Source: an uncultured Nitrososphaerota archaeon (lineage in GTDB: Archaea > Asgardarchaeota > Njordarchaeia > Njordarchaeales > Njordarchaeaceae). From it: DNA of 64,000 bases. Below the pieces are notes generated by a model that did no database searches, was not told the DNA's origin, and was given only the letters and a program-made list of their open reading frames with translations. A program made the position numbers and the translations under genes. Shown one piece after another: positions 19,411 through 29,595 of this stretch (positions are counted from its first letter, which is position 1; each line of letters begins with the position of its first letter). The stretch lies in the NCBI GenBank assembly GCA_964518475.1, contig CAZFGR010000002.1, forward strand, positions 32,001 to 96,000, read 5' to 3'.

Positions 19411-20811
19411 ATGAAGAAGAGAGATTTTATCGGCACCCCCCTATTTAGTAATGCTGTTAAAATGTTGTTGCTGGGTGCTGGTGAGCTTGGTAAGGAAATA
19501 GTTATCGAGGCTCAGAGATTAGGTATTGAGACAATAACTGTAGATAGATATGATAATCCACCAGCTGCTCAAGTCGCTCATAGACACTATACTGTTAACA
19601 TGATGGATGGTAGAGCATTGAAAGCAATAGTTTACAGGGAGAAACCAGATGTGATTGTTCCAGAGATAGAAGCTATAAACACTGACACTCTAGTAGAGCT
19701 TGAGGAAGAAGGATTCATGGTAATACCTAATGCTAGAGCAACAAAGGTAACAATGGATAGGATACTTCTAAGAAAACTAGCGGCTGAACAAGCAAAGGTT
19801 CCAACCTCTAAATACGCATTCGCCACCAATCTCGATGAGCTATATGATGCATGCGAAAAAGTCGGTTACCCATGTCTAGTAAAATCGAGAATGAGCTCTG
19901 GTGGACTTGGCTCAAGTATTGTTTTCTCTGATAAGGATATTCCTAAAGCCTATGAAAAATCCGTTAAGGAAGCTAGGGGTCGCGGAGACGAGGTTATCGT
20001 TGAAAGTATCGTTGATTATGATTTCGAAGTAACAGAGCTTACCCTAGCTCACCTAGACGAGGATGGAAAAGTCAAGATAAGCTTCTGTAAACCAGTTGCC
20101 CACGTTAGAAGCGGTACTCACTACCACGTTAGTTGGCAACCATTCCTAGAGCCAGATCCCGAAAATCCCGAGTATACACTTCCAATCCATGGTTATGGTA
20201 GTGATTTACACCTAAGCGAGGATCCGCCGAAGCATGAGCTCTTGTGGAAATCCTCTTGGAATGGGAAGAGAATACCAATTGAGGTTGCTGAGGAAATCGA
20301 GAGGCAGATCTATGATGTCGCTGGCAAAGTTGTTAAAGAACTATTAAAAACAAGCAATGGAGATCTTCGAGGATTAGGCATCTTTGGATGCGAACTATTC
20401 GTTAAGATAGGAGATATAGAAAGTGGTGAGAAACCAATCGTGTACTTTAACGAGATATCTCCGAGACCCCATGATACGGGAATGGTAACCCTAGTTACTC
20501 AAGACTTATCAGAGATGGCTCTTCACGTTAGAGCTATCCTGGGACTACCAATCCCGAGAATCCATCTACACACACCAGGAGCCTCTCACGTCGTACTCGC
20601 CAAGAAAGCTGGTTACTGGGCTCCTGGATATTCTAGAGTATGGGATGCCTTGAGGATACCAGGAGTTCATTTAAGACTGTTTGGTAAACCAGTAACCTAC
20701 TATGAGCGCAGAATGGGTGTTGTTTTAGCCATTGGTAAGAACACGATCGAGGCGAGAGAAAAAGCTATGATAGCCGCACATACCCTAGAAGAAGGGATTA
20801 TCTATGAGTAA
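19411..20811 (+). CDS. purT: Formate-dependent GAR transformylase
   Basis: [46 protein letters not shown]; ATG 19411 after GGTGGTGG SD. Confidence 0.93.
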   Translation: MKKRDFIGTPLFSNAVKMLLLGAGELGKEIVIEAQRLGIETITVDRYDNPPAAQVAHRHYTVNMMDGRALKAIVYREKPDVIVPEIEAINTDTLVELEEEGFMVIPNARATKVTMDRILLRKLAAEQAKVPTSKYAFATNLDELYDACEKVGYPCLVKSRMSSGGLGSSIVFSDKDIPKAYEKSVKEARGRGDEVIVESIVDYDFEVTELTLAHLDEDGKVKISFCKPVAHVRSGTHYHVSWQPFLEPDPENPEYTLPIHGYGSDLHLSEDPPKHELLWKSSWNGKRIPIEVAEEIERQIYDVAGKVVKELLKTSNGDLRGLGIFGCELFVKIGDIESGEKPIVYFNEISPRPHDTGMVTLVTQDLSEMALHVRAILGLPIPRIHLHTPGASHVVLAKKAGYWAPGYSRVWDALRIPGVHLRLFGKPVTYYERRMGVVLAIGKNTIEAREKAMIAAHTLEEGIIYE

Positions 20812-21235
20812 AAGAGATCCATTAGTAGCTGTAATTATGGGTAGTGAAAACGACAGACCGATAGCTGAGAAGGTCGTTAAGATCCTTGAAAAGTACGGAG
20901 TCCCGTACGATGTTAAGGTATTGTCCGCTCATAGAAATCCTAAAGAGCTGGAAGAGTATATCTCCTCTTCTAATGCCCATATTTTTATTGGTATTGCTGG
21001 ACTAGCGGCTCATTTGCCCGGGTTCATAGCTAGTAGGACTAAGAGACCAGTGATTGGTGTTCCAGTAAATGTCAAGCTTGGTGGTCTGGATGCTTTATTA
21101 TCTATTGTTCAAATGCCTAAAGGAGTGCCCGTAGCTACTGTTGGGATTGATAATGGAGAGAACGCGGCTTACTTAGCCCTAAGGATTCTCGCTCTTTACA
21201 ATCCAGATATAAGGAAGAAACTGGAGGAGGGATAA
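20804..21235 (+). CDS. purE: PurE (N5-CAIR mutase/AIR carboxylase)
   Basis: [34 protein letters not shown]. Confidence 0.96.
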   Translation: MSKRDPLVAVIMGSENDRPIAEKVVKILEKYGVPYDVKVLSAHRNPKELEEYISSSNAHIFIGIAGLAAHLPGFIASRTKRPVIGVPVNVKLGGLDALLSIVQMPKGVPVATVGIDNGENAAYLALRILALYNPDIRKKLEEG

Positions 21236-22284
21236 TGGGAGAGGATCAAGGCTGGACCTACGCTAAAGCTGGAGTGGATATTGATAAGGTATCTATCCTC
21301 CAGCGCCACGCTTTTAGAGTAATCGAGGATCTTTTCAAGAAACTTGGTGTTCCGGTACACGGGTTAAGGGGTAGATTCACAACATTTGTTGAAGCCAATG
21401 GTTTAAGGATCGCTATGCATGTTGATGGAGTTGGCACAAAGGTATTAGTTGCTCAACTCGTTAATAGTTATTGGCAAGTCGGTCAAGACGTCGTGGCTAT
21501 GAATGTTAATGATTTGATAGCGGGTGGAGCTGATCCATTCGCGATAGTTGATTATTTGGCGATGGAGAAACCCGATGAAGAGGTTTTTAAAGGCGTTATG
21601 GAGGGGTTATCACGTGCGTGTGAAGAGGCTAAAGTTATTTTGATGGGGGGCGAAACAGCTATAATGCCGGATATTATAAAAGGCGCCGTTCCTGGGAAAG
21701 GGTTTGATCTAGTGGCTACTGGATTAGGTCTTGTGAAATGGGATACGGAAACTGGTTCTCCAGGAGATGTTCTGGTTGGTTTTGAGAGCAATGGTATTCA
21801 TTCTAACGGATTATCCCTTGCTAGAAAAGTTCTTTTATCCAAGTATAGTGTCCATGATCCATTCCCGTACGATCCAGAAAGAACAATTGGGGAAGAATTA
21901 TTGAGGCCTACGAGAATATACGTTAATCTATGTAGGGAGTTATGGAGAAGAGGAATCGTTAAGAACTTCGCCCATATTACTGGTGGAGCTTTTAGGAAAA
22001 TCAAGAGAGTTCTTAGAGAAGATTCTGGAGTACTTATTGATGTGCCAGAACCACCGGCTATTTTCAAACTTATTAAGGAGGAGGGACATATAGCTTGGGA
22101 GGAGATGTATAAAACATTTAACATGGGCGTTGGCATGGTCGCGGTAACTATAAGCGATTATGTGGAAGAAATTATCTCTGTCGCGAAGAAATTCGGTATA
22201 AATGCTTTTCTCCTAGGTAAGGTTGTTAGTGAGGAAGGAGTAAGGATAAGAATTCCAAGAGTTGGAGAGGTGAGAATCCAATGA
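21235..22284 (+). CDS. purM: AIR synthetase
   Basis: YAKAGVDI, DGVGTK, VAMNVND, GGETAIMP, SNGIHSNG, HITGG, TFNMGVG. Confidence 0.97.
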   Translation: MGEDQGWTYAKAGVDIDKVSILQRHAFRVIEDLFKKLGVPVHGLRGRFTTFVEANGLRIAMHVDGVGTKVLVAQLVNSYWQVGQDVVAMNVNDLIAGGADPFAIVDYLAMEKPDEEVFKGVMEGLSRACEEAKVILMGGETAIMPDIIKGAVPGKGFDLVATGLGLVKWDTETGSPGDVLVGFESNGIHSNGLSLARKVLLSKYSVHDPFPYDPERTIGEELLRPTRIYVNLCRELWRRGIVKNFAHITGGAFRKIKRVLREDSGVLIDVPEPPAIFKLIKEEGHIAWEEMYKTFNMGVGMVAVTISDYVEEIISVAKKFGINAFLLGKVVSEEGVRIRIPRVGEVRIQ

Positions 22285-23291
22285 GTGAAATAGAGACCAT
22301 AGCTACATTGGCTAGTCACTCAGCTTTGCAAATCCTTAAGGGGGCTAAGGATGAAGGTTTCAAAACACTAGCTATTTCACTTAAGAAGCGATTAAAGGTT
22401 TATCAGAGATTCCGCCACTTTATAGATGATATCATCGTTGTGGAGGACTTTAAAGAACTTGTTAATAAGGATATTCAGGAAGACTTGTTAAGGAGAAAAA
22501 CAATTCTAATACCCCATGGAAGCTTTGTGGAGTATCTAGGGATAGAGAACATCGAGAAGTTAGAAGTTCCAGTGTTTGGTAACAAGAAACTTATGATATG
22601 GGAATACGATGCTTGGAGAAAACTTGAGTTACTGGAGAAGAGCGGTATTAAGACTCCAAAACTCTTCAAGAAAGTTCAAGAGATTGATAGACCAGTAATA
22701 GTGAAGTTTCCTGGTGCTAAGGGTGGGCGGGGATACTTCATAGCTAGGAATGCTGAGGAGTTCAGAAAAAAGATTAAGGAAAGAAACCTCGATCCCGCAC
22801 AATTAATCATTCAAGAATACGTCTTTGGAACACCTATGTATTTTCATTATTTTTACTCACCATTATTGAATAGACTTGAATTACTGGGAGCCGATATTAG
22901 GTATGAGAGTGAGGTGGATGGAATTAAGAGATACCCATACCCCGTCGAGAACTATACATTCACGGTCGTCGGGAATATCCCTCTCGTTTTGAGGGAGTCA
23001 TTACTTGAACAAGTTTTTGATTATGGGGAAAAATTTGTTGAAACAACGAAGAAGTTCCTGCCTCCTGGTGCAATTGGGCCTTTCTGTTTAGAAGCTATTT
23101 GTAGAAGTGATTTAGAGATTGTTGTTTTTGAGTTTTCTGGCCGCATTGTTGCTGGCACTAATCTCTATATCCACGGATCTCCGTATAGTTGGTTATATTT
23201 TGATGAGCCTATGAGTAGTGGGAGGCGTATTGCTCGAGAAATAAGAATGGCTCTTGAAATGGATGCTCTCGATAAAATTGTTGTGAGGTGA
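22281..23291 (+). CDS. purP: FAICAR synthetase (PurP)
   Basis: [47 protein letters not shown]. Confidence 0.92.
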   Translation: MSEIETIATLASHSALQILKGAKDEGFKTLAISLKKRLKVYQRFRHFIDDIIVVEDFKELVNKDIQEDLLRRKTILIPHGSFVEYLGIENIEKLEVPVFGNKKLMIWEYDAWRKLELLEKSGIKTPKLFKKVQEIDRPVIVKFPGAKGGRGYFIARNAEEFRKKIKERNLDPAQLIIQEYVFGTPMYFHYFYSPLLNRLELLGADIRYESEVDGIKRYPYPVENYTFTVVGNIPLVLRESLLEQVFDYGEKFVETTKKFLPPGAIGPFCLEAICRSDLEIVVFEFSGRIVAGTNLYIHGSPYSWLYFDEPMSSGRRIAREIRMALEMDALDKIVVR

Positions 23292-23296
23292 TTTTT

Positions 23297-24403
23297 ATGA
23301 TAAATGTGGATGAGATGAGAAGAATCATTAGGAATGAGTATGATTGGAGCAATATCCATATTGGTGTCCTAGGGAGTCACTCCGCTTTGGATGTGCTAGA
23401 TGGAGCCAAGGATGAAGGATTCAAAACAGTTGTTATATGCCAGAAAGGGAGAGAAAAACCCTATTTAAGATTCAAAAGATTATGCGACGAAGTGATAATC
23501 CTTGATAAGTTCCGTGATATGGTTCGCGAGGATATTCAGGATAGGTTAAGAGAGCTTAACACAATATTTGTCCCTAATAGGAGTTTCTCGGTATACGTAG
23601 GGTATGAAAATATAGAAAATGCATTTAGGGTTCCTATATTTGGTTCTCGCCACTTATTAAGAGCTGAGGAGAGGACTGGTGAACTGAACTATTATAAGAT
23701 CCTAGATGCTGCTGGTATAAGAAGACCACGAACATTCAAGGATCCATCAGAGATTGATAGACCAGTAATAGTTAAGGCCATGGCCACTGGTAGTGTTGAG
23801 AGGGCGTTTTTCGTCGCCGTGAGTCCCGAGGATTTCTGGTCAAAAGTTGAGAAGCTTGCTAAGCAAGGATTATTGACGAAGAAAGAGCTCGAGAAAGCTT
23901 CTATAGAGGAACTAGTTATCGGAGTTGATTTCAATTTTAATTATTTCCACTCAATTGTTCGTGGAGAAATAGAGTTTCATGGAATAGATAGGAGGTTGCA
24001 GACCAATATTCATGGTTTAGTAAGGTTACCAGCAAGTATCCAGCTAGAGCTAAGCAATATCACTATCAGAAACGTTGAAATAGGTCATATGCTAGCAACG
24101 ATCAGGGAGTCCCAGTTAGTAAAAGTTTTTGACATGGGTGAGAGTTTCGTCAAGACACTCTCCAAAATGTACCCACCAGGAATCATAGGACCCTTCACAT
24201 TACAAACAATAGTGACCGAGAACTTAGAGTTCGTAGTCGTGGATGTAGCTTTCCGAATAGGTGGGGGGACAAATGTGTGGGCTGGAATAGGGAGCCAGTA
24301 CAGCAAGTTTTACTTCGGCCAACCCATAAGCATTGGTAGAAGAATAGCAATAGAGATCAGAGAAGCAATCGAACAAGACATGCTCGATAAGATAGTTACA
24401 TAA
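23297..24403 (+). CDS. PurP-like ATP-grasp protein (second, divergent group)
   Basis: GSHSALDVLDGAKDEGF, VPNRSF, ERAFF instead of GGRG, GPFTLQ, RIGGGTN. Confidence 0.88.
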   Translation: MINVDEMRRIIRNEYDWSNIHIGVLGSHSALDVLDGAKDEGFKTVVICQKGREKPYLRFKRLCDEVIILDKFRDMVREDIQDRLRELNTIFVPNRSFSVYVGYENIENAFRVPIFGSRHLLRAEERTGELNYYKILDAAGIRRPRTFKDPSEIDRPVIVKAMATGSVERAFFVAVSPEDFWSKVEKLAKQGLLTKKELEKASIEELVIGVDFNFNYFHSIVRGEIEFHGIDRRLQTNIHGLVRLPASIQLELSNITIRNVEIGHMLATIRESQLVKVFDMGESFVKTLSKMYPPGIIGPFTLQTIVTENLEFVVVDVAFRIGGGTNVWAGIGSQYSKFYFGQPISIGRRIAIEIREAIEQDMLDKIVT

Positions 24404-24533
24404 CCTCCTAATTCTACTAATATTCTCTGAGAAAAAATCATAAGATAATTAGAGACAATCTATCTCTAGTTTCTAATAAAACTCTTTTTAATTATTGTAA
24501 TCCCTCTAAGAATTTAGGAATAAAGGTTCATAG

Positions 24534-24974
24534 GTGTGTAATAAAGTGGAGATAGTAGAATCTAGGCCGGGAATTATAAAACTTTCGGATAATACGACAC
24601 TAACGCTTAAAATAACAATAATTGATGCTCGCGAAGTTGGATTTTCGCCTTTCGGGGGAGTACATATAGCTGTAAAGGCTGTAGGAGGCATAAGTACTAA
24701 GAACGTGCCTCATGAATTACGGGAAAAAGTCTCAGATAAACCATTAGCTACTTCGCAAATACCTAAGGATGGCTGGGAATTGATTGATATTAGAGAGCAG
24801 GAAGAGGCTTGCGAAAAAGTAAAAATTGATACATCTAGGGGTAAGTTTCTGGTTAATGTTCGGGCGGAAGCTACCATGGCTGCTCGTAATATGCAATATA
24901 AAAACGAGTTTAACGAGCCCATTTACATGCTGAGTTGGGTCTATAAGGTTTCTTGGAGACCGGTGAGAGAGTGA
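24534..24974 (+). CDS. Hypothetical protein, apparently two tandem copies of a small beta-rich module
   Basis: 146-aa ORF whose stop overlaps the next start (TGATG). Confidence 0.7.
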   Translation: MCNKVEIVESRPGIIKLSDNTTLTLKITIIDAREVGFSPFGGVHIAVKAVGGISTKNVPHELREKVSDKPLATSQIPKDGWELIDIREQEEACEKVKIDTSRGKFLVNVRAEATMAARNMQYKNEFNEPIYMLSWVYKVSWRPVRE

Positions 24975-25549
24975 TGTGGGAGTATTCCCAAATTACAGAC
25001 TATGGAAAAATAAGGGACAGCACAGTTTTGACGATTTATTATCCGATACAGGAACTACCCAGACTAACCACACAAACTTTAAGAAAAATTCTAGAAGAAG
25101 CTGACGAGTTGCTGAAGAGAAAGGAGTATATCCAGGCTTGTGAAAAATACTATAAAGTAATGGAGGAAGTCATAAAAAAGCTGACAGAATTGTATAAGGA
25201 GAAATCACGATTACTAACCAACTTTATTAATTATGTAAGAAAACGTGGAAATTGGAATACTTTTATCTTACAACGTGCTGCTGAGGAATTAAGAAGAATA
25301 CTTAATGAGGAATTAGGAGGAGGCATCGGTGACAAGATCTATGAAGCTTGGGAAGCAGCTCTTAGATTACACAGAGATTGCTTCCATGAGCAAATCCTAG
25401 GTGATACCGTAATAAAAGAGAAGAGAGATATTATAACCGAGACATTCAATCTAATAGCAAGAGAACTTGAGAAGTTAGATATTCACTACATAAAATTAGA
25501 AGAAGACTCAACAGGATTCGAAACTCCCCTAAATAGCGCACACACATAG
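24974..25549 (+). CDS. PaREP1 family (HEPN-like) protein
   Basis: QACEKYYKVMEEVIKKL and AWEAALRLH.DCFHE motifs; ATG 24974 with GGTGAG SD. Confidence 0.8.
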   Translation: MWEYSQITDYGKIRDSTVLTIYYPIQELPRLTTQTLRKILEEADELLKRKEYIQACEKYYKVMEEVIKKLTELYKEKSRLLTNFINYVRKRGNWNTFILQRAAEELRRILNEELGGGIGDKIYEAWEAALRLHRDCFHEQILGDTVIKEKRDIITETFNLIARELEKLDIHYIKLEEDSTGFETPLNSAHT

Positions 25550-25679
25550 ATACGTACGTACGAGAAACGATTAAAGCTCAGCCACGTATAAGAAAATAAC
25601 CAACATCCAGTAATCGTTCCAGTAAGTAGAAGCTCTTACTCTTTTATAATTGAGGGAGAGATCTGTTCCCTAGTCTCTT

Positions 25680-25906
25680 TTCTATATTGTCATCCCTTCT
25701 CTCTTAATAGTTCTAATGAACTGTGTTTTTTCTGCCTCAAAAATCGTTCTCCGAGATGTAGATCATTGTTACGGGAAAAACTCTAGATATATCTTATCTG
25801 CAACCTTCTCGGCGAAATCCTTAACTTCTTTGGGATCTTCTTGATACATAACCGCGACATCGACATCATTATCTGGTCTATACTCCTCAGCGCAACAGAA
25901 CTAAAA
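25680..25906 (-). pseudogene. Degraded minimal nucleotidyltransferase (MNT)
   Basis: Minus-strand fragments SVA..EEYRPDNDVDVAVMYQEDPKEVKDFAEKVADKIYLEF and FIRTIKREG, broken by stops and frameshifts. Confidence 0.65.
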
Positions 25907-26033
25907 CTTTTAGATAATTAGATAATTCGAAAGATGCGTGCGTATTATGATATAAAAACTCAAATTCTTAGAGAGTTGTTTCGAATTTTCTACTTTTTCT
26001 AATCTAGTTCTCACAAGCTAACGTCTCTCTCGC

Positions 26034-27184
26034 GGCTTTGTGGTAGAGTAGCTTTATAGGTACTATACTCGTATTACCTGCGACTATCCAGAAAAGAGCG
26101 TCCTAGTGAAAATATATTGACTTTATGAGTTCATAATTATTAGGGTTACTTATAAACTAGCTAAAAAAACTTACCAGCCCGAGGAGGCATATCATAATCT
26201 CTAAGATAGCTGTTCTGACATAAGGAATTCCCAGCAATTAAAGCTATGAACGAGCATTAGACGATTTCAAAAATTCAACATGCATAAAAGAGGCAGTCTA
26301 AGAAGAGTGTAAACTCTCCCTCCATGACTAAATGAAAGAAGAGTCCATTAGGCATGGTAATCCCACTGATAAGGCTCTTTCTTTACAAACTGGCGAGAAT
26401 GAAGACTTGCGGGAAATTATTAGTGATTGCGAATGGAACTAGTATTGGACTTGAGGAAGCATCAAGCTACTACTTAGAGAGATGGGAAAGAGAATGAGAA
26501 TGCTCGCTATTAGCTGTTCTGCACGCTCCGAAGGTCGACGTCTTCTTCGATGCTGTCGCTACTCTCTATTGTATTTCTCTGAGATCAAAGCCTTCACAAA
26601 CTACTTCCTCAAAACCCTGGTGAATGCAGGATCTTCTGGAGAATTCACGGATAAAAAACCTGATGCAACCGACGCTATAGAAGCCATAAAGATATAGCTT
26701 AGTTCACATCCCCCACTTAGGCTTGAATAACAACTTACAAGACCTTCTGGAACTCGTTTGACAATGTCAGAAATCTTGTAAAGTCCGTTTTATCTTTTTA
26801 AAGTCATGATTAAGAAAATAATATACAGTAGGTCGGTTTGGTTGGTAATGTTAAGAGTCTCATGGAGGCTGTCTTCTCCTCTCTAAAGGCTATGGTCGGA
26901 GACATGATCTATAGTAAGTCTTGGAAAGCGAGAATCTGCGACGTCTTCATCGTAATCCTAGCCTATAACGAGGCCAGAATAATAGCGCTAAGTCCCAATT
27001 AATGGCTTAAGAGGAGTCTAGAAGGCTGAACGGGACAAGGGGCCAAAAAGATAAATTTGAAACAAAGCCTAGTAGATCCTAAGAGACAAGAATCTGCGAC
27101 ACTTTCGTCGCAACTCTAGGTTATGGCGTGGCTGGGATGATTATGTCGAATCTCAATTAGTGGCTAAAAATGATCTAGAAAGCC
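26034..27184 (+). mobile_element. Degraded IS5/IS4-type DDE transposase remnant(s)
   Basis: Fragments LLVIANGTSIGLEEASSYYLER, EFTDKKPDA (degenerate DKGYD) and SLMEAVFSSLKAMVGDMIYSKSWKARICDVFIVILAYN (26853-27002); candidate ends GGCTTTGT 26034 and ACAAAGCC 27062-27069. Confidence 0.7.
26913..27184 (+). repeat. Diverged direct repeat of the transposase 3' end and IS terminus (26913-27027 and 27071-27184)
   Basis: RICDVFIVILAYNEARIIALSPN* versus RICDTFVATLGYGVAGMIMSNLN*; the copies end in TCTAGAAGGCT and TCTAGAAAGCC. Confidence 0.7.
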
Positions 27185-27336
27185 GAGGCAACACCTTTAA
27201 TCTTTATATAAGTAGTGATTAATGAGAGTTTGGAAATCGATAAGGATAAATAATATAAGATTAGAATATATATTCCTAAAGATCACTATGAATTCCTTTA
27301 TAATCAACAGTAATCACCCCTCAGGGGTGATTACTG

Positions 27337-29577
27337 TTGAAAAACTTCGCGAAAATTTTTCTTCTTTGCTTTCTAGTCCTCTCAATAATCTCTATTAATG
27401 CCGTTTATGCTACTATTCTAAGTATAGTTGCCAGTGAAGAATATTCATCACTTGTAGATAATTCGACTTTTGATGATGGACTTTCTGGGTGGACGCTTGT
27501 TAAGGGATCCGGAGGGCCTACGAGTGGGGGATTAGATAGTGGTAACGTTTGTCTCTATGTCTCGCCTAGTTATGATGCTAGTAGTGGTAAATGGGTATTC
27601 GAGATGAAGGCTCCAATATCCTCTAGCGAGTTACCGTTTATGGAGTGGCTGAAGAGTCCTTATCGTGGTGTTTCTTTTTCGTATTGGTTTAGGCTTGTTA
27701 ATGATGTGAGCGAGTATGTGAGTGCGTATGCGTATATTGAATATTCCTACACTTCTAGCATTGGTGGTTGTCCATTCGCCGCTATTTGGGATGGGGAGAA
27801 GTACGTTCTCGTCAACAACATTCTTCCTAATGCCCGTAGTTATGAGAATATGACTATGGTGGAGGATTACTTATTTATTGATCCCTTATTGATCGAGGAT
27901 ACCGTCAAACTCAAAATTTTAGAGTTCCAGCGAGAGATGAGCTATATAGACAGTATTAGTTTATTCTCATTCGATTACCCCTCCCACTATAAAGTTGCAC
28001 AGTTGGATAATGGTTCTCCAGTCCTATGGCATCCAGAAATCATAAAAATACCATCAATAGTGATTAACTCTAATGGGTCTATAGTCACTGACAAGATTAT
28101 CTGGGAGGATTACCTACCCTATATTGGACAAAAAGATGACTACATAATTTTAGAATTTTCGAACATCTCAAAGGCCTACGACCTACTCTTAATAAAGGCC
28201 GATGATACGATAATAAAACTCTCACTAGAAGTATATGTTCTTATTAATGACACTTGGAGCTTTATAGGCAGGATCATTCCAAGGGAAATATACTCTTGGT
28301 ACGCCATTGACCTAGACCAATACGAGATTCCTTACAATGATAGCTTGAAGATGAAGATAAGGTTCACAGCCGAGCACAAGATTGACTTCATTGCCCTAAC
28401 AATGAAGGCACCAGATCGAGTAAAACTACGGAAGCTTAAATTGTTTAGAGCCGTTCATAATAGGCTTGGGAATAGTAAATACACTGTGAAATCAGATGAT
28501 AATAGGTATATAATAATACTCCCGGGTGACGAATTATACTTGATCTTTAAGGACGGGGAAAAACTCAAGCGCAATTATAAGAGAGGATACCTCCTCAAGG
28601 TCAGGGGATGGTATAGGACATTAAGCGACGAAGAATTCGCAAGGTATAAGGATAGAATAAAGAACATGGATCCAACAGTAACAATCTCATCAGAAGAAAT
28701 TAAAGTAAAGGAATCAAACACTTGGGTACAAGTCCCAGTCTACTACGGTGACTTCCCAGATACATTAGAATCAGTCTACTTCAAAATCAGACTAGAATCA
28801 CCAGTACAATTCAACGCGTATATAGACTGCGCATTCGCCCACTTCGCCATGCAGATATCAAGCAGCAATGAAGCAGGATCAGCAAAAATCGTAGCAATCG
28901 TGACACGGGTAAATGTGCAGAAGAATACAAAGCACAATATAACAGATATATACTTATGCTTCGCATTAATAGTATACTCCTCAGATGGCAAAGGAATTTA
29001 TACGGCAAAAATGTCCGTGGAAAGAACAGATTCTGACAGTGTTGGTGATGTGAGAGAATTAATTAGTTTTGAGGGAGTCAGCGATATTATCGGATATGAT
29101 AATGCAAAAGAAAATGCTACGCATGTGGCAGAATATAATGAAATAAGAATGAAAGAGACTCAAGCTATTTCCCAAGGACTAGCTGTAATTGGACTTCTCT
29201 TAACAGTATTGGGGATAATAACTGGAGAAGGAGCAATAATCTTTGGCATTGGTAGTCTTGTAATTAGTACAACTAGCGTGTGCCGCGCATTTCTTATTAA
29301 CAATACAGATTTAATAGATAATAATGATGGGGATAGGATCATTCACACCCAGTTGCCTACAACAATTAGTGCGAATCCTAATGAAGGACGCGTAACAACT
29401 AAGGGAGCGTTGAGCGCTCCAGTTCACTGGATAACGATACTAGACTATGGAGAAAATAAATTATATGTGCGGGGTTATATCGAGTTTGGAACAATAATCG
29501 ATACTTCTGATGTTATTTATATAGGACCACCTTACTTTGAATTGACAGTATCTCTGACAATCTTAGCTAAATTATAA
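27337..29577 (+). CDS. Large secreted multidomain protein (CBM-like domain with an inserted CP..WDG domain; C-terminal hydrophobic hairpin)
   Basis: Signal peptide; NSTFDDGLSGW...YID jelly-roll signature; GGCPFAAIWDG...PGDELYLIF...GWY insert; GGGGTGA SD. Confidence 0.75.
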   Translation: MKNFAKIFLLCFLVLSIISINAVYATILSIVASEEYSSLVDNSTFDDGLSGWTLVKGSGGPTSGGLDSGNVCLYVSPSYDASSGKWVFEMKAPISSSELPFMEWLKSPYRGVSFSYWFRLVNDVSEYVSAYAYIEYSYTSSIGGCPFAAIWDGEKYVLVNNILPNARSYENMTMVEDYLFIDPLLIEDTVKLKILEFQREMSYIDSISLFSFDYPSHYKVAQLDNGSPVLWHPEIIKIPSIVINSNGSIVTDKIIWEDYLPYIGQKDDYIILEFSNISKAYDLLLIKADDTIIKLSLEVYVLINDTWSFIGRIIPREIYSWYAIDLDQYEIPYNDSLKMKIRFTAEHKIDFIALTMKAPDRVKLRKLKLFRAVHNRLGNSKYTVKSDDNRYIIILPGDELYLIFKDGEKLKRNYKRGYLLKVRGWYRTLSDEEFARYKDRIKNMDPTVTISSEEIKVKESNTWVQVPVYYGDFPDTLESVYFKIRLESPVQFNAYIDCAFAHFAMQISSSNEAGSAKIVAIVTRVNVQKNTKHNITDIYLCFALIVYSSDGKGIYTAKMSVERTDSDSVGDVRELISFEGVSDIIGYDNAKENATHVAEYNEIRMKETQAISQGLAVIGLLLTVLGIITGEGAIIFGIGSLVISTTSVCRAFLINNTDLIDNNDGDRIIHTQLPTTISANPNEGRVTTKGALSAPVHWITILDYGENKLYVRGYIEFGTIIDTSDVIYIGPPYFELTVSLTILAKL

Positions 29578-29595
29578 AAGCGAGGATGGTTAAGA

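Noticed and set aside
26482-26697. 71-aa ORF as an independent gene
   Set aside because: It is a frameshifted piece of the decayed transposase
27769-28617. Intein/Hint interpretation of the Cys-initiated insert in the 746-aa protein
   Set aside because: No block B TxxH and no terminal HN-C/S/T; the pattern fits the CP..WDG domain instead
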